Shown here in pieces: positions 1 to 10,587 of a stretch of 64,000 nt of DNA (positions are counted from its first letter, which is position 1; the number at the start of each line of letters is the position of its first letter). The stretch covers positions 96,001 to 160,000 of the forward strand of contig CAXXKA010000006.1 in the NCBI GenBank assembly GCA_963668625.2, given 5' to 3'. A program made the position numbers and the translations under genes. The notes beneath the pieces were generated by a model that did not search any database, had not been told where the DNA came from, and worked only from the letters and a program-made list of their open reading frames with translations. Origin of the DNA: an uncultured candidate division Zixibacteria bacterium. GTDB lineage: Bacteria; Zixibacteria; MSB-5A5; UBA10806; 4484-95.

Positions 1-3000
1 TCGTTCGATAACAGTTCTACCGAACCTATTGCCGTGGTAGCGCCGGTTAAAGCATTAATAGAGCCGACGATTACCTCGGACTCCCTCGAAAAATACAGCC
101 TTAATATAAAAAAGGGCGAACAATTCGAACATGATAATCTGATCCATCTGCTGGCAAAGTTAAATTATAAACGCACGCCGGTTACCGAGATGCTGGGTGA
201 GTATTCGGTACGAGGCGGACTCATCGATATTTTTACACCTTTTAATGATGATCCTGTCAGGATAGAGTTTTTCGGTGATGAGGTTGATTCGATCAGGAAC
301 TTCTCGGTACTCTCGCAACGTTCGACCGGCTATTTGCACTCTGCATTTTTACTTCCCCGACGGGAGATGGTTTTCGATCACGACCTGATCGATAGATATG
401 CCGCCAGCCTGGATGAGGCCGGTGCGCAGGCGTTGCATGTCGCCCTCGGTGATAACGGCGATTTTGACGGCCTGGAGTTTATCTGGCCAAAGCTCGGTAT
501 CGAAATGAGTAACCTGTTCGGGCATCTACCGCCGAACACGCTGCTGTTTGCCCAGGATAAAACATCCTGCCTGGCGGAGGTAGAGGATGTTATCGATCTG
601 GCCAACGAGCGATACGAATCGAAAGATGAGACGCCTTTCGCTGATGTCGATGAGGTTTATCTCGGTCCGGAGAAATTCGAAAAGGAGCTATCTCGATTCC
701 AGGTTGTTGATCTTAACGGCACCGAAAGTGGCAATGGTGAGGATATCGTCGATGCCCGTATTAAACCGCAAGAGTTTTTCAGCACCAATCTCGCTTATTT
801 CAAAACCCGCCTGGAGGAGCTTCATAATGAGGGATACGAGTTAAATATCTTATGTGAAAGTCCGGGCCAGAAAGATCGTATAGGTGAGATACTCGAAGAA
901 TCCGAGGTTCCAGTCGAGCTGAATGTCGCTCGCCTGTCCTCGGGGTTCGCCATAACCCAGCTTCGGCGATGGTACCTGGTAGATCATCAGATTTTCACCC
1001 GTCACAAGAAAAGGCGAACGTTCCGCAGGTTCAAAGAGGGGGTCGCCCTATCCTCGTATTCGAATTTGAATCCCGGCGATTTCGTCGTGCATATCGACTA
1101 CGGTATCGGCCGATTCAGTGGCTTGGAAACTCTTGTCATAGACGGTCGCAAACGCGATTGCCTGAGTATATTCTATCTCGGCGAGGATAAACTGTATGTG
1201 CCGATCGAGGAGTTCAATCGGGTACAGAAATACGCCGGTAAGGATGGCGCTCCCCGACTTTCCAAACTGGGATCGGGTACCTGGGAGAGAACCAAGGCTA
1301 AAACCAAGAAAGCTCTCATGGAGATGGCCGGAGAGCTGGTTCAGCTATATGCCGAACGGCAGGCGTTCCCGGGATTCGCGTTTAATCCCGACTCCACCTG
1401 GATGCGTCAATTGGAGGCCTCATTCGAATACGAGGAGACGCCCGATCAGCTTAAAGTCATGGATGAGATAAAAGCGGATATGGAGAAATCCATTCCGATG
1501 GACAGGTTGGTTTGCGGTGATGTCGGCTATGGTAAAACCGAACTTGCCATCAGGGCGGCTTTGAAAGCTGTCGACTCCGATATGCAGGTGGCGGTACTTG
1601 CGCCCACGACTATTCTTGCGGCCCAGCATTTCGAGACATTTACGAAAAGACTGGCGGAATTCCCGATACAGGTGGAGATGCTTTCCCGATTCCGCACTCC
1701 CAAGGATGTAAAGCGAGTTAAAACAGGCATTAATAATGGCAATGTTGATATCGTTATAGGAACTCATATGCTTTTGGGAAAAACTATCGAGTTTAAAAAT
1801 CTCGGTTTGCTTATCGTGGATGAAGAACAGCGTTTCGGCGTCGGCCAAAAAGAGAAGATTAAGAAAATTAAAAGCCAGGTGGATGTTTTAACGCTTACCG
1901 CTACGCCAATACCGCGTACGCTACAGCTTTCACTGGCCTCGGCTCGCGACATGTCGATTATCACCACGCCGCCTAAAGCCAGGCTGCCGATTGTCACCGA
2001 GGTCTCGCGCTTTTCGGATAGCGGCATAACGGAGGCGGTGATGCGTGAACTCGATAGGGGAGGGCAGGTGTTTATTGTCCATAACCGGGTCCAGTCGATT
2101 TACGCTTTCCATCGCTATTTGAAAAACCTGATGCCGCTCATTAAAATAGGGGTGGGGCATGGCCAGATGTCCGAACGCGAGCTGGAGATGGTCATGAAAA
2201 ATTTCATCGACCGCCGTTTTGATGTGCTTCTGGCGACAACTATCATCGAGTCGGGGCTGGATATACCCTCCGTGAACACGATAGTTATAAACCGAGCTGA
2301 CAGGTTGGGTTTGGCACAATTATACCAACTCAGGGGAAGAGTCGGTCGCTCGAAATACCGGGCCTATGCCAAATTACTGATCCCGCCGCTGAAAATGCTG
2401 ACCAAGGAGGCCAGGAAGCGCCTGAAAGCTATCGAGGAGTTTACCGAATTGGGCTCGGGATTCCATCTTGCCATGCGCGATCTGGAGATACGCGGCGCCG
2501 GGAATCTTCTGGGGGCACAACAGCATGGATTTATCGAGGAGGTAGGATTCGATCTGTATATCAAGCTTCTGGAGGAGGCGGTAGCCCAATTTAAAGGGAA
2601 GACGGCCGAGGAGCATTTTAAAGATATTAAAACCACTACAGATCTCGATTTATTCATCCCGGAGAACTATATATCGGAAAGCAATCAACGTGTCGATATT
2701 TACCGCCGTATCAGCGGTTGCCAGAATAGCGATCAATTGGAAGAAATGCTGAAAGAAGTTGCCGATAGATATGGCCCCGTTCCCGAGGCGGTAACCAACC
2801 TGGCTAACTTATCATCTGCTAAGCTGTTAGGGAGTAATCTCAAGCTGGATGCCATTAATTTACATCGCGATAAACTAATTTTGGAATTCGGTGACAGCGG
2901 TGATATTGGCCGAAAGAGAATCGAAAAATGGGTGAGTACGATTCGCGAAAAGCTGGAGTTCAAGTACGGCAAAAACTTTATTATCAAAATAACGTTAAAT

Positions 3001-3060
3001 TGTGATGAGGACAAGAGATCCTCAGCGATGAAAAAACTATTGCAGAAAATGCAGGATTAG
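1..3060 (+). CDS. mfd: Transcription-repair coupling factor (5' end outside the window)
   Basis: UvrB-homology region (EYSVRGGLIDIF), CarD-like domain (VVHIDYGIGRF), helicase motifs GDVGYGKT, DEEQRFG, TATPIPRT and QLRGRVGR, C-terminal TRCF domain. The frame is open from base 1. Confidence 0.97.
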   Translation, partial: SFDNSSTEPIAVVAPVKALIEPTITSDSLEKYSLNIKKGEQFEHDNLIHLLAKLNYKRTPVTEMLGEYSVRGGLIDIFTPFNDDPVRIEFFGDEVDSIRNFSVLSQRSTGYLHSAFLLPRREMVFDHDLIDRYAASLDEAGAQALHVALGDNGDFDGLEFIWPKLGIEMSNLFGHLPPNTLLFAQDKTSCLAEVEDVIDLANERYESKDETPFADVDEVYLGPEKFEKELSRFQVVDLNGTESGNGEDIVDARIKPQEFFSTNLAYFKTRLEELHNEGYELNILCESPGQKDRIGEILEESEVPVELNVARLSSGFAITQLRRWYLVDHQIFTRHKKRRTFRRFKEGVALSSYSNLNPGDFVVHIDYGIGRFSGLETLVIDGRKRDCLSIFYLGEDKLYVPIEEFNRVQKYAGKDGAPRLSKLGSGTWERTKAKTKKALMEMAGELVQLYAERQAFPGFAFNPDSTWMRQLEASFEYEETPDQLKVMDEIKADMEKSIPMDRLVCGDVGYGKTELAIRAALKAVDSDMQVAVLAPTTILAAQHFETFTKRLAEFPIQVEMLSRFRTPKDVKRVKTGINNGNVDIVIGTHMLLGKTIEFKNLGLLIVDEEQRFGVGQKEKIKKIKSQVDVLTLTATPIPRTLQLSLASARDMSIITTPPKARLPIVTEVSRFSDSGITEAVMRELDRGGQVFIVHNRVQSIYAFHRYLKNLMPLIKIGVGHGQMSERELEMVMKNFIDRRFDVLLATTIIESGLDIPSVNTIVINRADRLGLAQLYQLRGRVGRSKYRAYAKLLIPPLKMLTKEARKRLKAIEEFTELGSGFHLAMRDLEIRGAGNLLGAQQHGFIEEVGFDLYIKLLEEAVAQFKGKTAEEHFKDIKTTTDLDLFIPENYISESNQRVDIYRRISGCQNSDQLEEMLKEVADRYGPVPEAVTNLANLSSAKLLGSNLKLDAINLHRDKLILEFGDSGDIGRKRIEKWVSTIREKLEFKYGKNFIIKITLNCDEDKRSSAMKKLLQKMQD

Positions 3061-3110
3061 CTATAATTGAAAACTATTGTAAATCTTTGAACAACCGGGA
3101 GGATTTAACT

Positions 3111-4814
3111 GTGCTAAAGAAAACCGTTATTGGCTTGATTTTATTGGCGATCATGATCGGCGGCTGTTCTACCGATGTGTCTGAGGAAATGGATCTGCGG
3201 GTTGTCGCGAAAGCCGGCGATATCGATTTTACTATGTATGATCTCGATTGCTATACCATGAGAATGAACTACAAAAGCCCAGAGGATGAGCTTTTCAAGA
3301 AAACCGATTTTCTTGATACTTATATGGAAAGGTTAGTTGCGGCCAATGAAGGTTTAAAGCTGGGTTATCTCGATTCTGTCGAGGTGGATTCCGGACAAGT
3401 CAGTAGAATCCTTTATGAGATAGTGTATAAACAAGAGGTTACCGATAAGCTTAATCTTTCGGATAAGGCGGTTAATAAGTATTGGAAGAAATACGAGGGT
3501 ACGGTACATATCGCCCAGATTCTTCTTCAGAGAGTCGATCTGGCCGATAGTCTTTATCGGATATTGAAAAACGATCCCAATCGTTTCGAGGATTTTGCAT
3601 TGCAGTTTTCGCAAGATGAAGCTACCCGCGAAAATAACGGCGACCTCGGTTTCCGTCGAGTGATCGATATACCGATCGAATTGCGCGACCCTATTTTCAG
3701 TCTCAAGGATGGCATGGTTTCGGAACCGATTCATTCGACGATCGGAATACACCTGGTCAAAAGATACGAACGTAAAGTCGAGGATGCCGACCAGGATGAG
3801 AAAACAAGGCGGGAAAGCTATAGAATGGCTTACTCAATGCTTCAACGTCAACAACTCCAGGTTGATTTCTTCGAACGAGCCCAGCGGACGGTTTCCTATG
3901 AGTTATACTGGGATTCATTGCAGATAATTATCGATAAGGCGAAACAATTGCGGGAGGAAAGGTTTGGGCTGGATGAACCCTTGAGTTTCTGTATAGCTCC
4001 CAGCTATTTAACCGATGAGGAAAATAATATTACGATCGTTCAACTGGACGATTTCAAATATACCGCCGAACAATTTTTAACCGAGTTGAAAAACAGGCAT
4101 ATCCGCACAGGCATAAATTTCGATATCAAACCGGTTATCGAGAGAGAGATAATGAGTTTCATGATGCCGAGAATGATGCATTATTACGGAAAAGCTACGA
4201 ATAAAGAGGACACCCCACAATTCGAACATCAATATTACCATACGAAAATCGGTTATGTGTACCAGAAGTATGTTAAAGAACAACTATTGGATACGATTAC
4301 GGTTTCGAAGGATGAGCTTCAAGATTCATATGATCACGCTATCCATAATTTCTTCGTACCCGAGGAGATAAAATGCTCCGAAATACATCTCGAAACCGAA
4401 AAGGAAGCTAAGAAGATATACAATCAACTCGTGAATGGAGCGTCTTTCGAACAACTGGTAAAGAAAACTATCAGACCCGGATTCGCCGAGACGAACGGTA
4501 ATCTCGGGCCGTGTTCCCCGAAAAGATTTTCACCGATTTACGAGGCGGCTCATGGCAAGAAAGTCGGTGAGTATGCCGGGCCGGTCGCGTTCGATGGCAA
4601 ATGGTCGGTGGTACGGATCGATAATATTACGCCCGATCATTATAAACCCTTATCCGAGGTCGAAAGCTCGGTTCGCGGATTGATTATGGGAAGAAAGAAA
4701 TTTAATGTATTCCATAATTGGGTTGATGCCAAGAAGAAGGAAATCGAATTTTTCATAAATGAGGAAATGATAAAAAATAACTTGAAAACCGGGATTATTA
4801 CTGATGAAAGCTAA
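3111..4814 (+). CDS. PpiC-type peptidyl-prolyl isomerase / foldase lipoprotein
   Basis: Lipobox-like IGGC after a hydrophobic leader; two rotamase-like segments (FSQDEATRENNGDLG; GNLGPCSP). GTG start at 3111 after GGAGG; the ORF track starts at 3087. Confidence 0.8.
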   Translation: MLKKTVIGLILLAIMIGGCSTDVSEEMDLRVVAKAGDIDFTMYDLDCYTMRMNYKSPEDELFKKTDFLDTYMERLVAANEGLKLGYLDSVEVDSGQVSRILYEIVYKQEVTDKLNLSDKAVNKYWKKYEGTVHIAQILLQRVDLADSLYRILKNDPNRFEDFALQFSQDEATRENNGDLGFRRVIDIPIELRDPIFSLKDGMVSEPIHSTIGIHLVKRYERKVEDADQDEKTRRESYRMAYSMLQRQQLQVDFFERAQRTVSYELYWDSLQIIIDKAKQLREERFGLDEPLSFCIAPSYLTDEENNITIVQLDDFKYTAEQFLTELKNRHIRTGINFDIKPVIEREIMSFMMPRMMHYYGKATNKEDTPQFEHQYYHTKIGYVYQKYVKEQLLDTITVSKDELQDSYDHAIHNFFVPEEIKCSEIHLETEKEAKKIYNQLVNGASFEQLVKKTIRPGFAETNGNLGPCSPKRFSPIYEAAHGKKVGEYAGPVAFDGKWSVVRIDNITPDHYKPLSEVESSVRGLIMGRKKFNVFHNWVDAKKKEIEFFINEEMIKNNLKTGIITDES

Positions 4815-5643
4815 ACATGTATTTTTAATATTAGCCATTATGCTGGTTGTAGTTAATATATCCAATGCCCAATCGGCAAGCAGTGTACTGGCTGAAGTTA
4901 ACGGTTCCAAACTCACCTATGGTTATTTGATAGACCAGTTCCCAGAGGAATACCGGTCGCAGATTAACCGCGAGCAAGTCACCAGGCTGGTGGAGAACTG
5001 GATAGAGACAGAACTTCTGTACCAGGAGGGGTTAAAACATAACGTGCAAAAAGACCAGCGCATTATCAACATGATAGAGCAGCAGCGCAAGGAGATCATC
5101 GCCGCTCGTTATGCCGACCTGTCGCTCGATATGAATTTCGATTTAACCGACGTCCAGGTCGATTCGTTGTATAACGCCAATAAGGATAAGTACGTAACGC
5201 AGGATAACATGTATCGCCTGAGTCATATAGTTCTTTCCTCGAAAGGCGGCGCCGAGGCGGTTTACAGCCGTCTGCTTAACGGCGATGATTTTAACGCACT
5301 GGTACATGATTATTCCGAGGACGAGCAATCACGTAAAGACGATGGCAATGTCGGCATACTGGTTGAGTCAGGTCTCGAGCCGAATGTCGTTGAGGTTTTG
5401 AGAAATACCGAGAAAGGCAGTTACACCAAGCCGGTAAAATCACAGTCGGGCTATTACCACATATTCTGGGTGAAAGATAAAATGCCGAAGGGAACACTGT
5501 TGAAACTAGAGGATATAAGAGTAGAAATCGAGGAATCTTACAAAGCCGAAAAACAACAGGTAATTTTCGAACAGATGCTCGATAAACTAAAAGGTGCGGC
5601 ATCGATAAAAAGGAATTCTCTGAATGCGATATTTAATGAGTAA
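4804..5643 (+). CDS. PpiC-type peptidyl-prolyl isomerase (PrsA-like)
   Basis: Signal peptide, VLAEVNG, SHIVL...YSEDEQSRKDDGNVG...GYYHIF rotamase pattern. Confidence 0.85.
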   Translation: MKAKHVFLILAIMLVVVNISNAQSASSVLAEVNGSKLTYGYLIDQFPEEYRSQINREQVTRLVENWIETELLYQEGLKHNVQKDQRIINMIEQQRKEIIAARYADLSLDMNFDLTDVQVDSLYNANKDKYVTQDNMYRLSHIVLSSKGGAEAVYSRLLNGDDFNALVHDYSEDEQSRKDDGNVGILVESGLEPNVVEVLRNTEKGSYTKPVKSQSGYYHIFWVKDKMPKGTLLKLEDIRVEIEESYKAEKQQVIFEQMLDKLKGAASIKRNSLNAIFNE

Positions 5644-6925
5644 GGTCTTAATCCCGATTTTCATATTTGCAATTTGTATATCGGGTAATCTCGCCGCCCA
5701 GGAGTTACTGGATGGCATAGCCGCTACGGTCGATGATAGAATCATCCTGATATCCGAGGTTGAATCCCAGCTTCAGATTATCGCCATGCAATCGAAAGCC
5801 GATATCAGTAAGATGAGCGAGGAGAAAGTCGACAGCCTTCGTCATGTTATCCTGAAGCAAATGATCGAGGATAAACTGGTGCTGATCGAGGCCGAGAAAG
5901 ACACCCTGATCGAGGTAAACGCCAGGGAGGTCGAGGAAGCTTTAAATCAGCATGTCGAAAGGATAAAGTCGCAGTTTCCATCGGAGGAGATGTTTTTAGC
6001 TCAACTTTCCAACGAGGGGCTAACTTTAAAAGAGTTGCGAGCCCGTTATAAAGATGAGGTGAAAAACCAGCTTTATAAAGAAAGATTTTTGAATGGGCGT
6101 TTGAACAAAGTTTCGATCTCTTCGGGAGAGGTCAAAGATTTCTATGAGACATACAAAGACAGCCTCCCGCAACGACCGGCTGGCGTTCATCTTGCCCATA
6201 TTTTAATAAGCGCTAATCCCAGTCAGGCTACTAAGGATTCCCTGTACGCTTATGCCCGGTTAATCTTAAAGAAGGTAGAGGCGGGCGAGAGTTTCTCGCT
6301 TCTGGCGAAAAATTTCTCCGATGATATTACCGCCCAGAACGGTGGTGATCTGGGTTGGTTCGGTCGGGGCGATATGGTCGAAGCGTTCGAGAACGAAGCG
6401 TTCAGCCTTCCGATAGGCGAGCATTCCGACATTATAGAAACCCAGTACGGTTTTCATATCATCAAAGTAATCGGCAAAGAGGAAAACCGGGTCAGGGCCA
6501 GTCACATCCTGTTCAAATTCGAGCCGACCGACGAGGATATTCAAAGAAGCAAAGCCGAGGTTGATTCGATCTACACGGTTCTTCAAGCGGGCGGCGATTT
6601 CGACAGTCTCGCTATACTTTATTCCGATGATAAAACATCCTCGGATATAGGCGGCGATCTGGGCTGGTATGCCGCCGAGGATCTTTCGCCGGAATTTTTG
6701 GATGCGGTTTCACGACTGGATAATTTGGAATTCTCCGAACCGGTCGAGAGCCAGTATGGTTATCATATATTGAAAGTACTCGAAAAGAAAGCGGCCAGTA
6801 CGCTCGATTTCATAGAGGACTACAGCGATATCGAGGCGATTGCCAAGCGTAATAAAGCCCAGGATGAACTGGGGGAATGGCTTCAACAGATTATGGAGCA
6901 ATACTATATCGAGGTGAAGATATAA
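5636..6925 (+). CDS. surA: SurA-like periplasmic chaperone/PPIase
   Basis: N-terminal DGIAATVDDRIILISEV and two parvulin domains (GGDLGWF...TQYGFHII; GGDLGWY...SQYGYHIL). Confidence 0.85.
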   Translation: MSKVLIPIFIFAICISGNLAAQELLDGIAATVDDRIILISEVESQLQIIAMQSKADISKMSEEKVDSLRHVILKQMIEDKLVLIEAEKDTLIEVNAREVEEALNQHVERIKSQFPSEEMFLAQLSNEGLTLKELRARYKDEVKNQLYKERFLNGRLNKVSISSGEVKDFYETYKDSLPQRPAGVHLAHILISANPSQATKDSLYAYARLILKKVEAGESFSLLAKNFSDDITAQNGGDLGWFGRGDMVEAFENEAFSLPIGEHSDIIETQYGFHIIKVIGKEENRVRASHILFKFEPTDEDIQRSKAEVDSIYTVLQAGGDFDSLAILYSDDKTSSDIGGDLGWYAAEDLSPEFLDAVSRLDNLEFSEPVESQYGYHILKVLEKKAASTLDFIEDYSDIEAIAKRNKAQDELGEWLQQIMEQYYIEVKI

Positions 6926-6929
6926 CCTC

Positions 6930-7196
6930 ATGCGTCTGGATAAATACCTCTCGATAGTGAAGATCTTAAAAAGTAGATCATTAGTGAAAACCGCCGCCGA
7001 CGAGGGCATGGTTTTCGTTGATGGTTCCCGGGCGAAACCCTCCCTCGATATCAGGCTTGATCATGTAATCGAGGTTGACACGCCCCGTTTCTATAAGAAA
7101 ATAAGAGTAGTCGAATTACCGCCGAAGAATATGAAAAAATCGGAGGCGGTTAACATGTACGAGATACTTGAAGAACGTAAGAAGGAACTTATTTGA
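6930..7196 (+). CDS. S4-domain RNA-binding protein (Hsp15/YabO-RqcP-like)
   Basis: MRLDKYL...KSRSL...G.V.VDG..AKPS signature, 88 aa. Confidence 0.85.
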   Translation: MRLDKYLSIVKILKSRSLVKTAADEGMVFVDGSRAKPSLDIRLDHVIEVDTPRFYKKIRVVELPPKNMKKSEAVNMYEILEERKKELI

Positions 7197-8482
7197 AAAA
7201 AAGCTTTATCGACTCACGAAAGCTTCGTAAAGATCGGGTGATCTTAGCCGGGATAAAACTTCCCCAACACACCAGCGAATCCGTTAAAGAATCTATCGAT
7301 GAACTGGCGACACTTTGCCGCTCGGCGGGTGGTATCGTGGTCGGCGATATGATTCAGGCTCGGGAACGTTACCGTTCCGGCCATGTTTTCGGCGAGGGCA
7401 AACTTCAGGAACTAAAAGAACTATGCGAGGAAACAGAGGCCAGTCTGGTTATCTATGACGGTGAATTGACGCCCTCTCAGCAGGAGAAAATTGAGCAAGT
7501 GCTCGATACCTCGGTGATAGACCGCCCGGCGCTGATCTTGGATATCTTTGCCCGTCATGCTAAAACCCGCGAGGCAAAAACGCAGGTGGAGTTGGCTCAG
7601 ATGGAGTACTTATTGCCCCGACTTGCAGGTCACTGGACACATCTGGAGCGACAGGAGGCGGCGATCGGCACGCGCGGTCCGGGAGAAACTCAGCTCGAAA
7701 CCGACCGTCGAATGGTGCGCAAGAAAATAGCCGACTTGAAAAAAGATCTCGAGAAAATAGAAATGAACCGGGTAAACCAGCGTAAACGTCGTGAGGCCAA
7801 GATTAATTTTTGTTTCGTAGGTTATACCAATGTCGGCAAATCCAGCCTGTTCAACCGTCTAACCAGCGGTGATACGCTGGTGGCCAACCGTCTGTTCGCG
7901 ACACTCGATTCTACCACTCGGCGGGTACCTTTAAAAGGTATCGGCGAGTTCATGTTGACCGATACGGTCGGCTTTATCAAGAAACTACCGGTCAATTTGG
8001 TAGCCTCGTTCAGGTCAACCCTGAAAGAGGCGATCTCGGCCGATATGCTCATACATGTTGTCGATTTTTCGGCTAACGATTTGAACGAGAAGGTACGAGT
8101 CGTCAACAAGGTGTTAAATGAGATAGGCGCCGGAGATATACCGGGCCTGTTGGTTTTTAATAAGATAGATATGGTAGATAATATCGAGCTGCGACAAAAC
8201 ATGGTGGCCGCTTATCCTGACTGCAAGTTCGTCAGCGCTAAAAGTGGCGAGGGTATCGAGTCGTTGATGGAATTCCTGGTCGAAAAGTGTTCTGAAATGT
8301 ATATAGAACTGACTGCCCGGGTAAGCCAATCTAACTCGAAAGCTATCGGTTCCATCTCGAAAGCCATGCATATATATGACAGCGTTTGCGAAAACGGCGA
8401 GATGGTTTTTCAGGGGAAAATTCCCAGGTTTGAAATTCCCCGACTGGAAAACGAGGGGGTAAAACTCGAGTATGCCGTCTGA
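7193..8482 (+). CDS. hflX: GTPase HflX
   Basis: LILDIFARHA, GTRGPGETQLETDRR, GYTNVGKSS, LFATLD, DTVGFI, NKID. Confidence 0.97.
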   Translation: MKKSFIDSRKLRKDRVILAGIKLPQHTSESVKESIDELATLCRSAGGIVVGDMIQARERYRSGHVFGEGKLQELKELCEETEASLVIYDGELTPSQQEKIEQVLDTSVIDRPALILDIFARHAKTREAKTQVELAQMEYLLPRLAGHWTHLERQEAAIGTRGPGETQLETDRRMVRKKIADLKKDLEKIEMNRVNQRKRREAKINFCFVGYTNVGKSSLFNRLTSGDTLVANRLFATLDSTTRRVPLKGIGEFMLTDTVGFIKKLPVNLVASFRSTLKEAISADMLIHVVDFSANDLNEKVRVVNKVLNEIGAGDIPGLLVFNKIDMVDNIELRQNMVAAYPDCKFVSAKSGEGIESLMEFLVEKCSEMYIELTARVSQSNSKAIGSISKAMHIYDSVCENGEMVFQGKIPRFEIPRLENEGVKLEYAV

Positions 8483-9203
8483 TAAGTTGAAAAGCCAGAG
8501 AGCGCTTGTCACCGGAGCGACCGGTGGTATAGGCGCGGCTATAGTTGACAGCCTGATTAATGCCGGCGTGAAAGTTATTGCCCAGGGGCGATCTGCCGAT
8601 CGTCTGAAAGAGCTTACCGATAATTATCCGGGTATAATTTGTGAATCGGCTGATCTCAGCGATGAGAAAGAAACTATCAAGTTGGCGCAATCGGCAATAT
8701 CACATTACGATGGACTTGATATATTGATTAATAATGCGGGTATTGGTTTCATGAAAAGTGTCATTGATCTTGACATTTCCGATTTTAACCGCATTATGAA
8801 TATTAATCTTCGGGCGATTTTTATACTGAGTAAAATTATCGGACAAACCATGATTGACCGGAAGGATGGTTATATAATAAATATCGGTTCCGGCGCCTCT
8901 ACCACGCCGATTAAAAGTATGGCGGCTTATTGCGCCTCCAAACACGCTTTGCTCGGTTTTTCCGAAAGCCTGGCGCTGGAGATGCGTGACTATGGAGTAA
9001 AAGTCTCGATAGTCATGCCCGGTTCAACCGCCACCCGTTTCGGCGGCATGACACCGGAAAGCAGGTTGCAGACCAAACCGGGTATTTTATTGCCGGAGGA
9101 TGTGGCCGAATCGGTGATGTTTTTATTGAGTCAGCCTAAAAGAGCCTGGACATCACAGGTAAATTTAAGACCGTTAGATCCAAAACAATCGTTCAATTCC
9201 TAA
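8472..9203 (+). CDS. Short-chain dehydrogenase/reductase
   Basis: TGATGGIG, NNAG and YCASK motifs. Confidence 0.93.
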   Translation: MPSDKLKSQRALVTGATGGIGAAIVDSLINAGVKVIAQGRSADRLKELTDNYPGIICESADLSDEKETIKLAQSAISHYDGLDILINNAGIGFMKSVIDLDISDFNRIMNINLRAIFILSKIIGQTMIDRKDGYIINIGSGASTTPIKSMAAYCASKHALLGFSESLALEMRDYGVKVSIVMPGSTATRFGGMTPESRLQTKPGILLPEDVAESVMFLLSQPKRAWTSQVNLRPLDPKQSFNS

Positions 9204-9215
9204 CAGGAGGGGAGT

Positions 9216-9671
9216 ATGAAAAAGTATTTAGTAGTATCGTTCCTGGTTGTTATAGCGTTATTTGCCTCACAATTAATAGCCCAGGAGGCCGGGGATAGTC
9301 CGGCAAAGCAAACGATGAAGGAGAAAAAATCCGAACCGATGATGGAGCCGTCCATGAATGTGGAGGGATTCGCCTGCGGTACGGCTATCGAGGACAGGGA
9401 GCTTCAAGGGGAGGCCGAGACTTTCCCGGCTGAAACCGAGAAGGTCTATTGCTGGACCACTATCACCGGTTGCGAGGAACCCACCACTGTCGAGCATGTC
9501 TGGTATTACGGCGGCGAGGAGAAAGCCCGCGTACCTCTGGAGATAAAATATCCGAGAATGCGCACCTGGTCATCCAAGACTATCATACCCGAATGGCAGG
9601 GCGACTGGAAAGTCGAGATGGTTGATGAAACAGGTCATGTCCTGGCGACCGTCGCTTTCACCGTCGAATAA
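9216..9671 (+). CDS. Secreted DUF2914-like protein
   Basis: Signal peptide; VYCWT...HVWYY...RTWSSK...GDWKVE pattern. Confidence 0.75.
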   Translation: MKKYLVVSFLVVIALFASQLIAQEAGDSPAKQTMKEKKSEPMMEPSMNVEGFACGTAIEDRELQGEAETFPAETEKVYCWTTITGCEEPTTVEHVWYYGGEEKARVPLEIKYPRMRTWSSKTIIPEWQGDWKVEMVDETGHVLATVAFTVE

Positions 9672-9692
9672 AAGCGATTGATAGATGTTGTC

Positions 9693-9724
9693 GAAAGCGG
9701 CGTTTCGGCGTCGCTTTTTTTATT
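9693..9724 (+). terminator. Rho-independent terminator
   Basis: AAAGCGGCG-TTTCGG-CGTCGCTTT followed by a T run. Confidence 0.75.
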
Positions 9725-9825
9725 TATTTATATTTTTGGGAATGAAATCATGATTGATACGTACTATAATATAGAGGATGTTAATGTACGATGTATAATT
9801 GCTATCCAGTGCCGATAGGTGTAAT

Positions 9826-10383
9826 ATGACCGAAAACCAATTAAACCACGACAATAAGCCGGGTAATTCTCCGGATAACGATAGAGATATCAATCTGCAA
9901 TTCACCTTAACCAGAAATGATCTTTTCTGGTATAATATATATTTTATTCGCCTTCTGGTTCTGGCCGCGATAGCTTGTTTTCTCGGGGCGATAGGTGTTT
10001 TCATATATTCGCTACAAATCCCTACCGGCGATTATAAAACCACCCTGATTTGGATCATTATGGCGCTCAGCGCCGGTTTCTCGATTAGCGGCGGTACTAT
10101 CGCAGCCATTGTCTTGCAGGTGTTCGTGCTTAAGAACGAGTCGGTGAACCAGGCGATGACCATGCGTTCGTATATAATTAACTCGGCCGGTATTGCGGTA
10201 TTCAATAAAAGCCGCAAGATAGTGCGAACCTGGAATGATATTCGGCGGGTCATTAAAACGCATCACGGATACTACATTAAAACAGGGGATAGAATCGCCA
10301 TCGTGTTGCCCCGGCATGTTTTCAAGAATGATGAACAGATCGAGTATTTCGAACAGCTCATTCAGCTTGCCAAAACCGGATGA
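9826..10383 (+). CDS. YcxB-like membrane protein
   Basis: Two TM helices, then W..I.....T....YI......IVLPR..F PH-like C-terminus. Confidence 0.65.
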   Translation: MTENQLNHDNKPGNSPDNDRDINLQFTLTRNDLFWYNIYFIRLLVLAAIACFLGAIGVFIYSLQIPTGDYKTTLIWIIMALSAGFSISGGTIAAIVLQVFVLKNESVNQAMTMRSYIINSAGIAVFNKSRKIVRTWNDIRRVIKTHHGYYIKTGDRIAIVLPRHVFKNDEQIEYFEQLIQLAKTG

Positions 10384-10525
10384 ATTTCCGCCCGCTTGAT
10401 TGTTTAGATATAAAGTAAGTTTTTCTATTTTAAATCTATAATTTTAATTCAATTAATATTTAGACTGAACCTTGCCTGAGCTAAGGTTGTTGACTATATT
10501 TCAAGGTTAATTTGCAAAAATCGAA

Positions 10526-10569
10526 TTGACCTGAAAACATCTGTTCATTATAATACTGAACATTTGTTG
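10526..10569 (+). promoter_or_regulatory. uvrA sigma70 promoter with two candidate LexA boxes
   Basis: TTGACC (10526)-17 nt-TATAAT (10549); AAAC-ATCT-GTTC at 10535-10546 in the spacer and GAAC-ATTT-GTTG at 10558-10569. Confidence 0.7.
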
Positions 10570-10587
10570 ATTAAGGAAGTAAGTTAG

